From Pseudobacteriovorax sp. (lineage in GTDB: Bacteria > Bdellovibrionota_B > Oligoflexia > Oligoflexales > Oligoflexaceae), in assembly GCA_050293845.1 (NCBI GenBank), contig JBNKNM010000020.1:1-49214 (forward strand): 49,214 bases of DNA, read 5' to 3'. Numbering within the stretch: the stretch's first letter is position 1; each line of letters opens with the position of its first letter. The position numbers and the translations under genes were made by a program. A model generated the notes under the pieces. It was not told the origin of the DNA and did no database searches. It worked only from the letters and a program-made list of their open reading frames with translations. Shown piece after piece: positions 20,355 to 30,366 of the stretch.

Positions 20355-21242
20355 GTGTCTAATTACTATGATATTTTAGGAGTATCCAAAACGGCCTCTG
20401 ATGCGGAGATTAAGAAAGCCTATCGGAAACTGGCTCTAAAATATCATCCCGATCGCAACCAAGGTGACGCAGAAGCAGAAGAAAAGTTTAAGCAAGCAAA
20501 TGAAGCCTATGCTGTCCTTTCAGATTCTAAAAAGCGTAAACAATACGAAATGTTCGGTGATCAAAAATTTCACCAACAGTACTCCTCAGAAGATATCTTT
20601 CGTGGTACAGACTTCGGCTCTATTTTCGAAGAATTTGGCATGGGGAGTAATTTCTTCAGCCAAATCTTTGGTGGTGGATTTGGCGGAGCCGGCCCTGGAG
20701 GTGCGGGATTCACAAGAGGTCCACAAAAAGGCCAGGATGTAGAGTATCCCGTCACTATTGGGTTTATGGATGCCTATAACGGTGTGGAACGTCGGGTGCA
20801 ATTTTCCCTCAACGATGGCACCCACCGCGACCTCACCATCCGTATTCCCAAGGGAGTCACCAGCGGTGCCAAACTGAGAGTTGCCGGACGAGGAGCCCCT
20901 TCGCCTATGGGAGGTACTCCTGGAGATTTATATGTGGTCATTGAAGTCTCACCACACCCCACCTTCACAAGAAAGGACCAGGACATTGAAACTCCGTTGA
21001 AACTTAAAATTTCAGAGGCTTTTCTGGGGTGCTCAAAATCAGTGGAAACTCCTGTGGGTCCGAAGAAAATCAAAGTTCCCGCCGGTGTCAATCCAGGCAC
21101 TAAAATTCGCCTCAAGGGCTTAGGCTTTGCTTCCCATAAAGGCCAAGGCGACCTTTATGCGGTTGTCAACTTAGATATTCCCCGCAGCCTTTCCCATGAG
21201 CAAAAGGAAGCCATTGCGGGCTTACAGGAGGCGGGGCTATAG
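20355..21242 (+). CDS. DnaJ class II co-chaperone (CbpA-like, no zinc finger)
   Basis: J domain [24 protein letters not shown]-rich linker, two C-terminal repeats with GDLY; no CxxCxGxG. GTG start after GAGGAG. Confidence 0.92.
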   Translation: MSNYYDILGVSKTASDAEIKKAYRKLALKYHPDRNQGDAEAEEKFKQANEAYAVLSDSKKRKQYEMFGDQKFHQQYSSEDIFRGTDFGSIFEEFGMGSNFFSQIFGGGFGGAGPGGAGFTRGPQKGQDVEYPVTIGFMDAYNGVERRVQFSLNDGTHRDLTIRIPKGVTSGAKLRVAGRGAPSPMGGTPGDLYVVIEVSPHPTFTRKDQDIETPLKLKISEAFLGCSKSVETPVGPKKIKVPAGVNPGTKIRLKGLGFASHKGQGDLYAVVNLDIPRSLSHEQKEAIAGLQEAGL

Positions 21243-21256
21243 ATCCAGCCTGGCCA

Positions 21257-22180
21257 TTAGCTTCCCGGTTTAAACTGGTCGACCTCTAAATAAAAGCTGC
21301 CAAACTTGGCCTCACCCTCCACCTTAAGCATCAAGCTCTGGGGGTGGTCGGCAGCAATCCAAATTGACAAGCTCCTTTTTTGCTCTAAATCTTGCCCCAG
21401 AGAGGTAGCCACTTTAAGCTTATAGGCAGTGAACTTGCCTAACTTAGTCTCTACTGATTCCAAGGCTACCGGAGTCGCCTCTAACCACCAATTTTTTTGG
21501 GAAGTGTAGACAATAAACTTCTTTGGTTTATTCAATTCATACTTGAAAGTTCGCAGCTGATAAGCTGCACCAAGTGCATCAACGGCCCCTGCAACAATTG
21601 GGTTGGAACTACTTTTTTCTCGATTCTTGCGATAATTGACTTCCCTTTCAGAGACCAAGCAATTGACATGATTAAAGTCTAACCACTTTTCCCGGCGCGT
21701 CCTCTTGCCAAAAGCTTTGTCATGGTCTTCACTGATGTAAAACTTACTCACGCCAAAATCCCAAGGTCGCGAATAAGCTAGCAGTTTATCGTGGGCCCGG
21801 AAGATAGCTTTATACCAATCTCCGGTGTAGGCCTCCACACTGAAACTACGATGCCAGCGCTTTGCCAATACTGAGTCACCGCCTTTTTTTCCTATGGGAA
21901 TCTTATGCTTAACTGGTTTACCCACCCGCATAAAGCCATATCCTACATGAACCCTAAGACTACTGTATTTGAGTTCATAGCGAATCTCTTCTCCAGGCTG
22001 AAATGGCATATTTTTATAGGATTGGGATCTTGGCCATTTTGGTACTTCAATTGCATTTGTGGGACACTCAATAGACTGGGCATCAACTTGCTCAGCCGCG
22101 GGAAGAAGGGTCGGCCAGATAATCTGCATAATTAATAATTCGATAATTTTTCTCTTGAAATTATTGTATGTTATCTTCAT
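21257..22180 (-). CDS. DUF3108-like exported protein
   Basis: PFQPGEEIRYEL, DALGAAYQLR, VETKLGKFTAYK, IWIAAD...LKVE...FGSF pattern typical of DUF3108. Confidence 0.7.
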   Translation of the reverse strand: MKITYNNFKRKIIELLIMQIIWPTLLPAAEQVDAQSIECPTNAIEVPKWPRSQSYKNMPFQPGEEIRYELKYSSLRVHVGYGFMRVGKPVKHKIPIGKKGGDSVLAKRWHRSFSVEAYTGDWYKAIFRAHDKLLAYSRPWDFGVSKFYISEDHDKAFGKRTRREKWLDFNHVNCLVSEREVNYRKNREKSSSNPIVAGAVDALGAAYQLRTFKYELNKPKKFIVYTSQKNWWLEATPVALESVETKLGKFTAYKLKVATSLGQDLEQKRSLSIWIAADHPQSLMLKVEGEAKFGSFYLEVDQFKPGS

Positions 22181-22340
22181 AATCCGCCTTTGCAGTCATT
22201 ATCCTTGATTTTTTTTACCCGCATTCCTTATTATATTACTTTGCTTTCATTGACTTTTATAGACCCTCGTGATAACGAATCAGCTCTATAGTAGTTTAAT
22301 ATGTCCGATGGGCGGACAGCTTTAGGAGTTAACTAAATTT

Positions 22341-24110
22341 ATGGAATTACAAGAATCAAAATTGGCAGGAATTGGTACAATCCAATGGGAAGATGAGGAC
22401 ACAGGTTTTGAGTCCGATTCAGCACGAAGCCAAGAATTTGCCAGCCTTCTCGACCAAGAAGAAGCTACCAATACGATCAAAGAAGGATCGATCGTAAACG
22501 GTACTGTAGTACGTTTTACTGATGATACCGTGATCGTTGATATCGGACATAAGTCTGAAGGCGAGATTCCTAAAGGTGAATTCAAACAAACTGATGGTGA
22601 GCTGGCAGTTAAAGAGGGTGACACCGTAGAAGTGTACCTTGATTCTTTCGAAGATAATGACGGTGAAATGGTTTTGAGTCGTGAGCGGGCTGAAATGCTA
22701 CGCGCTTGGGACCGCATTTCCGAAGCCTATGAAAATAATGAAATTGTTGAAGGTACTGTTGTAGCTCGTGTGAAAGGCGGCTTGTCTGTAGATATCGGTG
22801 TTAAAGCCTTCCTACCAGGCTCCCAAGTGGATCTCCGACCAGTGCGGAACCTCGACAAATTAATCGGTACACAATTAAGCTTTAAAATTATTAAGTTTAA
22901 TAAAAAGCGTGGCAATATCGTTCTTAGCCGTCGGGTGCTCCTAGAGCAAGACCGTGAGAAACTACGCAGCGAAACCCTTTCTAACCTTAAAGAAGAGGCC
23001 ATTCTTAAGGGTATCGTGAAGAATATCACCGATTACGGTGCCTTCATCGACCTTGGGGGCATTGACGGCCTTCTCCACATCACAGACATGTCTTGGGGAC
23101 GTATCAACCATCCTTCACAGATGTTTGAAGTAGGCCAAGAAATTGAAGTCAAAGTCTTAAGCTACGATGAAACTCGCCAGCGGGTGTCTTTAGGCTACAA
23201 ACAACTGCAAACGGACCCTTGGTTAACAGTAGCTGAGCGCTATAACGTCGACTCACGCGCCAAAGGAACTGTTGTTAGCCTTACTGACTATGGCGCTTTT
23301 GTGGAAATGGAGCAAGGTGTAGAAGGTTTGATCCATATCAGTGAAATGTCATGGTCAAAGCGCATCAAACACCCTTCTAAGGTAGTTCAGGTTGGTGATG
23401 AAGTCGAAGTCGTAATACTCGCCATGGATACTGAAAACCGACGCATCAGCTTAGGTATGAAGCAAATCGAGCCTAACCCCTGGGAAGTCGTTAAAGAGAA
23501 GTACCAAGAAGGTGACATTATTCGCGGAAAAATCCGCAATATCACTGACTTTGGAATCTTTGTGGGCATTGAGGACGGTATCGATGGTTTGATTCACATC
23601 TCCGATATCAGCTGGACCGACCGTATCAACCATCCGGCTGATAAGTTCAAGAAAGGTGATGAAGTCGAGGCTAAAATTCTCCAAATCGATGCAGAGAATG
23701 AAAGATTCTCCCTTGGAATCAAGCAACTTACTGACGATCCTTGGGCTCAAGCAGCTATCGATATGCCCGCAGGCTCTAAAGGTAAGGGTACAGTGACTAA
23801 AATCACTGATTTCGGTGCCTTTGTTGAAATATCCGAAGGTATTGAGGGTATGATCCATATCAGCGAACTCACCGACGAACCTATTTCCAAAGTAGAAGAA
23901 GCTATTAAAGAAGGCGACGAAATTGAGTTCATTGTCCTCGCTACAGACAGTGAGGAAAGAAGGTTCTCCCTATCACGGAAGGCTTTGATGAAGAAGCTGG
24001 AAGGTGACGAACTCAAGAGTTATATCAACCAAGTAGCTGAACCCAAAACAGGGTTAGCTGACGCATTTGCAAAAGCCAAAGCAGCTGCAGAAGATAAAGA
24101 TGACTCTTAG
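22341..24110 (+). CDS. rpsA: 30S ribosomal protein S1
   Basis: Six S1 repeats (DIGHKSEG, AFLPGSQVD, ITDYGAFIDLGGIDGLLHITDMSW, etc.); AGGAG SD. Confidence 0.98.
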   Translation: MELQESKLAGIGTIQWEDEDTGFESDSARSQEFASLLDQEEATNTIKEGSIVNGTVVRFTDDTVIVDIGHKSEGEIPKGEFKQTDGELAVKEGDTVEVYLDSFEDNDGEMVLSRERAEMLRAWDRISEAYENNEIVEGTVVARVKGGLSVDIGVKAFLPGSQVDLRPVRNLDKLIGTQLSFKIIKFNKKRGNIVLSRRVLLEQDREKLRSETLSNLKEEAILKGIVKNITDYGAFIDLGGIDGLLHITDMSWGRINHPSQMFEVGQEIEVKVLSYDETRQRVSLGYKQLQTDPWLTVAERYNVDSRAKGTVVSLTDYGAFVEMEQGVEGLIHISEMSWSKRIKHPSKVVQVGDEVEVVILAMDTENRRISLGMKQIEPNPWEVVKEKYQEGDIIRGKIRNITDFGIFVGIEDGIDGLIHISDISWTDRINHPADKFKKGDEVEAKILQIDAENERFSLGIKQLTDDPWAQAAIDMPAGSKGKGTVTKITDFGAFVEISEGIEGMIHISELTDEPISKVEEAIKEGDEIEFIVLATDSEERRFSLSRKALMKKLEGDELKSYINQVAEPKTGLADAFAKAKAAAEDKDDS

Positions 24111-24136
24111 CACAAAAAGTTACTCAACATAGGCAG

Positions 24137-24169
24137 AGGGTCCGGTTAGAATTTAGCCGGCCCTTTTTT
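24137..24169 (+). terminator. Intrinsic terminator after rpsA
   Basis: AGGGTCCGGTTAGA...TTTAGCCGGCCCT hairpin followed by a T tract. Confidence 0.75.
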
Positions 24170-24191
24170 CGTTTAACCTTTTGAGGTTCCC

Positions 24192-24536
24192 ATGGAATAC
24201 ATAAAAAAAGCTCCCCTATTCCTTCTCATTCTTTTCAGTCTGTGGTACGCAGGACTTTTCGGCTATTTTAATCAGGGTGTCATTTCCATTGAAGTTCCCT
24301 ATATTGGCAACTTTAGGATCGCATTAGCGATTGTCGTTTTAGCTTCGTTTCTCTCAGGTGCTGTTTTTGCTTCCATTTTCTTTGCCTATGATTCTCTCAG
24401 AAAGAGCCTATTACTTAGGAGCAGTAAAAAGACCATCAATACACTCAAAAGCTCAATCGATCATCAAGCTCCCATGACACCCACCATCGACCAGTATAGC
24501 CATGACAAAGCCGTTAAGGCAGAGCCAGAAGTATAG
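24192..24536 (+). CDS. LapA (DUF1049)-like small membrane protein
   Basis: Two TM segments, NQGVISIE...LAIVVLASFLSG pattern and a basic coiled tail; lies downstream of rpsA as lapA does in many Gram-negatives. Confidence 0.6.
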   Translation: MEYIKKAPLFLLILFSLWYAGLFGYFNQGVISIEVPYIGNFRIALAIVVLASFLSGAVFASIFFAYDSLRKSLLLRSSKKTINTLKSSIDHQAPMTPTIDQYSHDKAVKAEPEV

Positions 24537-24632
24537 ACCCCATGCAAGATATGCGTAATTTCATTCACCTTGCTGCAGGAACCTTAAAAACATGAGACAA
24601 TAATCTAACTACCTTCATAAGGAGAGACCCCG

Positions 24633-26000
24633 TTGGGACTATCTTTAGCGCGTGAAATTGCTTTTGATACTTTTGTGGCTGTCATGAGTCAGCGGCAAAA
24701 ACCTGAAACTGTTCTGGAGGATTTCTACAAGCGCCAGGATAAGAAATTAAAACGTATCGACAAGAACTTTATCAAAGAAATAGTATATGGCAGCCTGAGG
24801 TGGCACTCAAAGCTCTTTTGGATTCTGCAACACACCAGTAAGCGCGATTTACATAAGTCATCCCCAGAGGTTGTTTCTGCCCTTGTTGTTGGTACTTACC
24901 AGATCTATTATATGGATCGGGTACCAGACCGCGCCGCTGTTAACGAAAGCGTAGAATATGTGAGAAAAAAAGGGCAGGCCAATGCTTGCTCCTTTGTTAA
25001 CGGAATTCTCCGACAAATATCCCGTAGAGCTGAGTATTTTGCAAAACCAGATAAAAAAGCAAAGCCTGTGGATTACCTTGCCTTACAGTTTGCACATCCT
25101 CGTTGGCTTGTGGAGCGTTGGAGTAAAAAGTTTAAATTTGAACGACTAGAAGTGATGCTAGCTGCCAATAATCAGCCTCCGCCCATAAGTATCCGGCTTA
25201 ATTCTACAGTAGTACCTTATGAAGAGTCGGTAGTGCTACAGGAGCGTTTACTCAAGGAAGAAAGAACCCATAGCGAGAGACGCCCCCTACGCAGCTCCAT
25301 ACGCTTGAAGGAAACCCCCAAGTTTTCCGCCCCAAGCCTGTTTGCCGAGGGATACTATACCATCCAGGATGAGGCATCCCAGCTCATTAGCTTCCTTGTA
25401 CGCCCTGAGCAAGGGCAATCCATAGTCGATGCTTGTGCCGGTCCGGGTGGAAAACTGTCGCATATCTATGAGCTAGGTCGGGAAAAAATCGAACTCATTG
25501 CCATTGAAAAAGACAGCGAACAATTGCTCCGCGCCCAAGACAATATGAATCGACTAAGGCATAACAAAGTCAAATGGACACATACTGATTTTTTGAGTTG
25601 GCAAGCTCCCGAGAAAGTGGATAAGATTTTAATTGACGCTCCTTGTACCGGGCTTGGTGTTTTAAGGCGTCACCCGGAAGGTAAGTGGCATAAAGCAGCC
25701 GAAGACATCGCCAAAATAGCAGCCAGGCAATGGGAAATGATCCTTCACAGCCTAGAGCAGCTTAAACCAGGTGGTGAACTCATTTATTCCGTATGCTCCT
25801 TTGAGCCCGAAGAGTGCGAACAGCATCTACTTAGACTGCAAGAACAGCATGGGAATAGGATTGACGTGCTCTCACCGGTCAATCGCTTACCTGACTACTT
25901 TAAAAAGTATGTAACACGAAAGAATTATTTAGCGGTTTACGCTGGAAACCAAGACGACATGGACGGATTCGCTGCCTTTATTGTAAAACAAAAGGAATAG
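24633..26000 (+). CDS. rsmB: 16S rRNA m5C967 methyltransferase (Sun/Fmu)
   Basis: NusB-like N-domain (AAVNESV, FVNGILR), QDEASQ, DACAGPGGK, DAPCTG.GV.RRHPE, YSVCS, DGF. TTG start with AAGGAG SD. Confidence 0.93.
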   Translation: MGLSLAREIAFDTFVAVMSQRQKPETVLEDFYKRQDKKLKRIDKNFIKEIVYGSLRWHSKLFWILQHTSKRDLHKSSPEVVSALVVGTYQIYYMDRVPDRAAVNESVEYVRKKGQANACSFVNGILRQISRRAEYFAKPDKKAKPVDYLALQFAHPRWLVERWSKKFKFERLEVMLAANNQPPPISIRLNSTVVPYEESVVLQERLLKEERTHSERRPLRSSIRLKETPKFSAPSLFAEGYYTIQDEASQLISFLVRPEQGQSIVDACAGPGGKLSHIYELGREKIELIAIEKDSEQLLRAQDNMNRLRHNKVKWTHTDFLSWQAPEKVDKILIDAPCTGLGVLRRHPEGKWHKAAEDIAKIAARQWEMILHSLEQLKPGGELIYSVCSFEPEECEQHLLRLQEQHGNRIDVLSPVNRLPDYFKKYVTRKNYLAVYAGNQDDMDGFAAFIVKQKE

Positions 26001-26010
26001 GACAGAGTTC

Positions 26011-26886
26011 TTGATTCATTATATTTACTTATTGTTACTGATGGGGTGGCTCCCCTTCAACCTGGTTTATGGAGCTCCGCAGGTGGCTCCCCAAACTCCC
26101 ATAAGTAGTCCTGGTTCTTCAGTGATCAGGTTCAATCATTTTAAAGAGCTTCAAGCTAAAGTACTGAGTGCCATCGGTTCCGCAAAGCGTTCCATTAGGC
26201 TGATAACGGACTTCCTCACCGACGGCGAAATATCTTCCGCCCTATATCTAGCAAAGTACCGCAAACTTGATGTTAAGGTATACCTAGGTTCGCAGAAGGT
26301 AAACCAGTACCTATCACGAGTTAACTTTCTAAAACAGCAGGGAATTTCTGTAAATCTTCGCCCTCGTTTAGCAGTAAATGACCCCACAATGCTACTTGTT
26401 GATCATAGACTTTATCGCATCAGCCGTGATTTAAACGTATTACAGCCTCAGTTACCAGGTCATATTACACTAGCAAGTCCCCGATTGACACAGCTTATCC
26501 GCAAATCATTATCAAATACGACAAATAATGCTAAAATCATCACTAGACCATATCCAAAGGTGGGACGTAAGCAATACCCAAGATCAGAAAAAGCATGGCA
26601 TAAACCTTATACGGGTAACAGTGATGGAAGCTACAACTATAACCGAGCCCCAACCCACCACAGACCAGAGGATGTACCAACGACTTTACCTAAAATTCCC
26701 AAGTATCAACAAATGTCTGAGGAAAAATTACCAATTGTAGAAGAGTCAGTAGCGGACACAGAGGAAGAAGCACAAAAAGCTAGGAAAAGTTCTAAGGATG
26801 CAGCACACAAGCCCCATACGATTGAATTAATCCCCCCTGACCACAGGGAGAAGAGCCTAGGCCAACCATTTTCGGAGGATCATTGA
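26011..26886 (+). CDS. Exported PLD/nuclease-fold protein lacking an intact HKD motif, with low-complexity C-tail
   Basis: AIGSAKRSIRL..FLTD..I..AL..A..R.LDVKV..FLKQQGISV follows the single-domain PLD pattern, but the HxKxxxxD position reads NDPTMLLVD. Confidence 0.6.
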   Translation: MIHYIYLLLLMGWLPFNLVYGAPQVAPQTPISSPGSSVIRFNHFKELQAKVLSAIGSAKRSIRLITDFLTDGEISSALYLAKYRKLDVKVYLGSQKVNQYLSRVNFLKQQGISVNLRPRLAVNDPTMLLVDHRLYRISRDLNVLQPQLPGHITLASPRLTQLIRKSLSNTTNNAKIITRPYPKVGRKQYPRSEKAWHKPYTGNSDGSYNYNRAPTHHRPEDVPTTLPKIPKYQQMSEEKLPIVEESVADTEEEAQKARKSSKDAAHKPHTIELIPPDHREKSLGQPFSEDH

Positions 26887-27401
26887 TGAAATTCAACTCT
26901 ATAAAGGTCAGACTCATACTCTGCTTTATGCTTCTAACGGGCTGTGACATGATGTGCTCTAAGGATAGAACGGAAATGACTCCGGAAGAGGTTGTGGAAG
27001 CCTACCTCGACCTTTCCTTAAATATGAGAAATATTGAGCAAAAGCAATACCTTATTAATTTAACGACCGGCTCTCTGCGAGGGGCTATCGAAAAAGCCAG
27101 CGATGAAACTATTAGGAAAGCATTTCTCAATCGCTATTACCACCTAGAGGCATACTCCGTCGTTGAACGACGCGACCGAACACCTCGGGAAACGGAAATA
27201 ACTTTTGTCCTCACCTACCGTGACTTAGGACCTGCAGGTGAGATTAAACCACAAGACGCCCCACAGGTTTTAACTGAAAATACCGTCTCGGTGGTGCGAT
27301 TAAAGGGGGCCTGGGCTATTCGTGATGTACTGGGAAAAAGGACTACCATTGACTTTCCCACAAGCCAAGGAGCTGTTGTGCAACCGACACAGGAACGTTA
27401 G
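26883..27401 (+). CDS. Lipoprotein of unknown function
   Basis: Lipobox LLTGC; TPEEVVEAY...W-containing end suggests an NTF2-like/DUF4878-like fold (tentative); GGAGG SD. Confidence 0.7.
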   Translation: MMKFNSIKVRLILCFMLLTGCDMMCSKDRTEMTPEEVVEAYLDLSLNMRNIEQKQYLINLTTGSLRGAIEKASDETIRKAFLNRYYHLEAYSVVERRDRTPRETEITFVLTYRDLGPAGEIKPQDAPQVLTENTVSVVRLKGAWAIRDVLGKRTTIDFPTSQGAVVQPTQER

Positions 27402-28609
27402 GAGGCCCTAGCGGCTTGCTGATGACCCAAGAAAGTCGCCTGATAAATAGGTCTTGTCTTATCTGCCTTGGCAAAGCTTGGTTTACGACCTCTTTTAGAC
27501 GAACGAAACCCATCGGCTTCATCCACAATTTGCTCCGCATTGGTGGAATCTACCATTCTAGCACAAAGATTGCGGAAATTCTCTCTTATAGCCTTATCCT
27601 TAACTATCAAACCAATCAGTTCGTTGCGATAGGGGTCTTCATTAAAAGCCCCTATCGCACACATAATTTCACGCCCCAGGTCTTTATGATTTACTTCAGA
27701 TACTATTCTAAGCAGTACACCTAGGTGCTGCAAAAACACTTTGCGCGCCAAAAACTTTTCATGCAAAGGTTGCCCGACAAGGTGCGAGGTGAGAGTTTGG
27801 ATAAACAGAGCGAATCGTTCAGGCTTTTTCAACATGTAGTATTTCCAAGTTTCATGCAGAATCTTTTGGCTATGATTGTCAGCTTCAAGGACAAACGGAA
27901 TATTTTCTAACAAGAACTGTAAGGCTATAGCTTCAGTTTTTTTGTTGAATAACAGCGTGAAAAGATGCTCCAGTATCGTATGACCAAACCTACCCATGAT
28001 ACGATTAAAGCCAGGCTTATAGGATTTTCCCGCCTCTAGGGTGCCAAAATAGTGAATAAGGCTGAGGCGGATACAATTGTTATTGCTATTAGAAACCGAG
28101 AGCAGATAGGTCGAAATATGATCTAAGAGTTTATAGGTATCCATCTGCAGCTCACCAGGATACTCCCTTTCAATCATCTGAAGAATCTGACCCAACTCAC
28201 AGATCAAAGCAACTGCAATCGAAAAAATATCATCATAATGCACTGACTCGGACACATCCGCAGTGATGGCCAGTTCTACAAGAGTGACACATGCTTCCAT
28301 TCGATTTGGTTGCTGAACTAACTCTTCCAAAAATGCATTTAAAATTTCTTCTTCCTGAGAATTAGCCATGAGAATGAGAAGGCTTTCAATGAGTATTTCT
28401 TCTGGTAAACGACTTTCCACTCTTTCAGCCATTCTAATTGCAAAATATTTCATGAGCTCTTGCATATCTTTTGCATTTAGCACTTTTCTAACATGTTTCG
28501 CATCCTTCCAAGTAAGTAAGACGCCTCGATCAACAAGACCCCTTGCTTCCTCCAATGACTTAAAAGATTTCCAAGTCCCCGGAACATCACCAATCATCAT
28601 TGTATCCAT
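27398..28609 (-). CDS. Hypothetical alpha-helical cytoplasmic protein
   Basis: 403-aa ORF with AGGAGAGG SD; Leu/Glu-rich; no recognised motif. Confidence 0.75.
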   Translation of the reverse strand: MDTMMIGDVPGTWKSFKSLEEARGLVDRGVLLTWKDAKHVRKVLNAKDMQELMKYFAIRMAERVESRLPEEILIESLLILMANSQEEEILNAFLEELVQQPNRMEACVTLVELAITADVSESVHYDDIFSIAVALICELGQILQMIEREYPGELQMDTYKLLDHISTYLLSVSNSNNNCIRLSLIHYFGTLEAGKSYKPGFNRIMGRFGHTILEHLFTLLFNKKTEAIALQFLLENIPFVLEADNHSQKILHETWKYYMLKKPERFALFIQTLTSHLVGQPLHEKFLARKVFLQHLGVLLRIVSEVNHKDLGREIMCAIGAFNEDPYRNELIGLIVKDKAIRENFRNLCARMVDSTNAEQIVDEADGFRSSKRGRKPSFAKADKTRPIYQATFLGHQQAARAS

Positions 28610-28642
28610 ATAAGCCTCTCTCCTATTGCGGCACCTATCAAA

Positions 28643-29188
28643 TTAGCCAGCTCGATTGATCTCATCTACAAGGTTTTGAATTTCATTCTTTGCTCTATTT
28701 GGAATTTCTACGAACTGGAGGCCATAACCTATAGGCCACCTCGCATCTGTGTTGTATCTGACGACTTGTGCTTCTGCATTGAAAGCATTATCCAGTCCAT
28801 CACACCTTACAGAGAGTTTCAATTGCTCTCCCACGGTGAATATTTGTTCTGTGGTTTCAACAAATAGTCCTGTTAAAGAAATATTCACACCCTTCCCAAT
28901 AGCTAATTGACCGTTATTATGAATAACAACTCTACCCTTAACGCTGGCTCGTGGTGAGTTTATTCTTCTTCTTTCCACGGCCCCCGGATTTGTTTGGGTA
29001 TCATCAGGGCTTTCTAACCCAAGCTCTTCAAGCCCATCTTCTAAAGGCCGCCAGTCTTTCCAACCAACCTTGAAAATATAGCCATCTTGAGAGATCATCT
29101 TATTAACAAATAACTGTGTAACTTGCTGGGTATCAAAGGGGCCAACCTGCTGACCGTTTTGGAAAAGATACCAAACCTGTTCACTCAT
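28643..29188 (-). CDS. GYF_2 (DUF4339) + PilZ domain protein
   Basis: N-terminal WYLFQNGQQVGPF...IFKVGWKDW (GYF_2); C-terminal R..SPR, NISLTGLFV, VVR, GYGLQF (PilZ). ATG 29188 with GGAG SD. Confidence 0.88.
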   Translation of the reverse strand: MSEQVWYLFQNGQQVGPFDTQQVTQLFVNKMISQDGYIFKVGWKDWRPLEDGLEELGLESPDDTQTNPGAVERRRINSPRASVKGRVVIHNNGQLAIGKGVNISLTGLFVETTEQIFTVGEQLKLSVRCDGLDNAFNAEAQVVRYNTDARWPIGYGLQFVEIPNRAKNEIQNLVDEINRAG

Positions 29189-29281
29189 ACAATGCGCTCC
29201 GTCCAAGTTGACCAAAATGTAATCCTGGCTGTTTTACAGAAAGAATTCATTAACTTCCAGAATTGACAAGATCCGAAAATA

Positions 29282-29309
29282 AAATCGGTTTATTTCCAGG
29301 GTAACTTTA
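29282..29309 (-). promoter_or_regulatory. Putative sigma28/FliA promoter
   Basis: Minus strand TAAAGTT...ACCGATTT (TAAA-N16-ACCGATTT) upstream of the GYF-PilZ gene. Confidence 0.6.
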
Positions 29310-29386
29310 GTTCAAACTTAAACTTGTTTTATTTATTAATATAGTTTTAAGCACTTACATGTGTATTTAAATTTTTAGGAGATATT

Positions 29387-29977
29387 ATGAATACTCGGAT
29401 TTCTAAACTCCTCTCTAAAATATTGATATTCTTAATGTTATGTCCTGTAAAAATCGCAGCGGCCATTGACACAAAAAACCTAGAAACCTTTCCCATTCAT
29501 ATCTCTCCTTCTCCAGAAGACTGGCGGGGATTTTTACTGGCTCAACCAGAAGACAGAGCTCAGCTTTGGCACTACCACAGCAACCGCGATAAACTTTTAA
29601 AAGATTGGTCCTGGGAGTGGCGACTAGCTTGGATAAAGACATGCATTATCGATTCATCCTTATACTGCTCTCATATCCTGAAAGCTGCCCTCACTGACAA
29701 AGCCGCGGTGGTTAGAGCTGAAGCCGCTGACTTGATTGGCAAAAGATTTATGAACAGCAAAAGCCTCCCGGCTCTAAAGATATTACACCTCGCATATACC
29801 TACCAAATAACTAAAATGCAGGGAAAACCTTTATTTGTACAATTGAGAATACTTAAGGCAATTCATAGTATTGGAGGGAAACATTCCCTAGGGGTAGGAA
29901 CAAAAGCTGCAAAATATAGCAAAGCAACAAAGTCCTATTGGTCAAAATTAAGACATCAATCTAAGAAAGCATGGTAA
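29387..29977 (+). CDS. Exported hypothetical protein with a HEAT-like repeat
   Basis: Signal peptide; LKAALTDKAAVVRAEAADLIG HEAT-like motif; AGGAG SD. Confidence 0.7.
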   Translation: MNTRISKLLSKILIFLMLCPVKIAAAIDTKNLETFPIHISPSPEDWRGFLLAQPEDRAQLWHYHSNRDKLLKDWSWEWRLAWIKTCIIDSSLYCSHILKAALTDKAAVVRAEAADLIGKRFMNSKSLPALKILHLAYTYQITKMQGKPLFVQLRILKAIHSIGGKHSLGVGTKAAKYSKATKSYWSKLRHQSKKAW

Positions 29978-30366
29978 TCTTCTACAGCAGCTTACTACAA
30001 TTTAGAACATAAATTCAAATTTCATCTACAAGCAAGCTAAAAACCTATCTCAAAATTTATATTTTGAGATATATTCCTCCTCTCAGAGAGAACTTATCCT
30101 AAAAAATAATAGAATAAACCAGCTTCGCACTAAACAAATATATTTGATCGCTCGATAATTCTTATATGTTAGTGCTCCAATGGGGATTTACCCATAACTT
30201 CAAGATTGTTCGAGGGAGATCCTATGGATCTAGGTTATAGCACAATTAAAGTAAATGATTTAACAAGCTCTATTCCTAGCCTTCATGACACCAAGGTATA
30301 TTTGGATATACTTTTATTAAACGAAAAAGTATTCAAAGCTTAATTTATATATGAGAGTCTTTATTC

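Noticed and set aside
22322..24016. Several antisense ORFs (60-135 aa) over rpsA
   Set aside because: Shadow ORFs produced by codon bias of a highly expressed gene; Ser/Pro/Thr-rich with no motifs.
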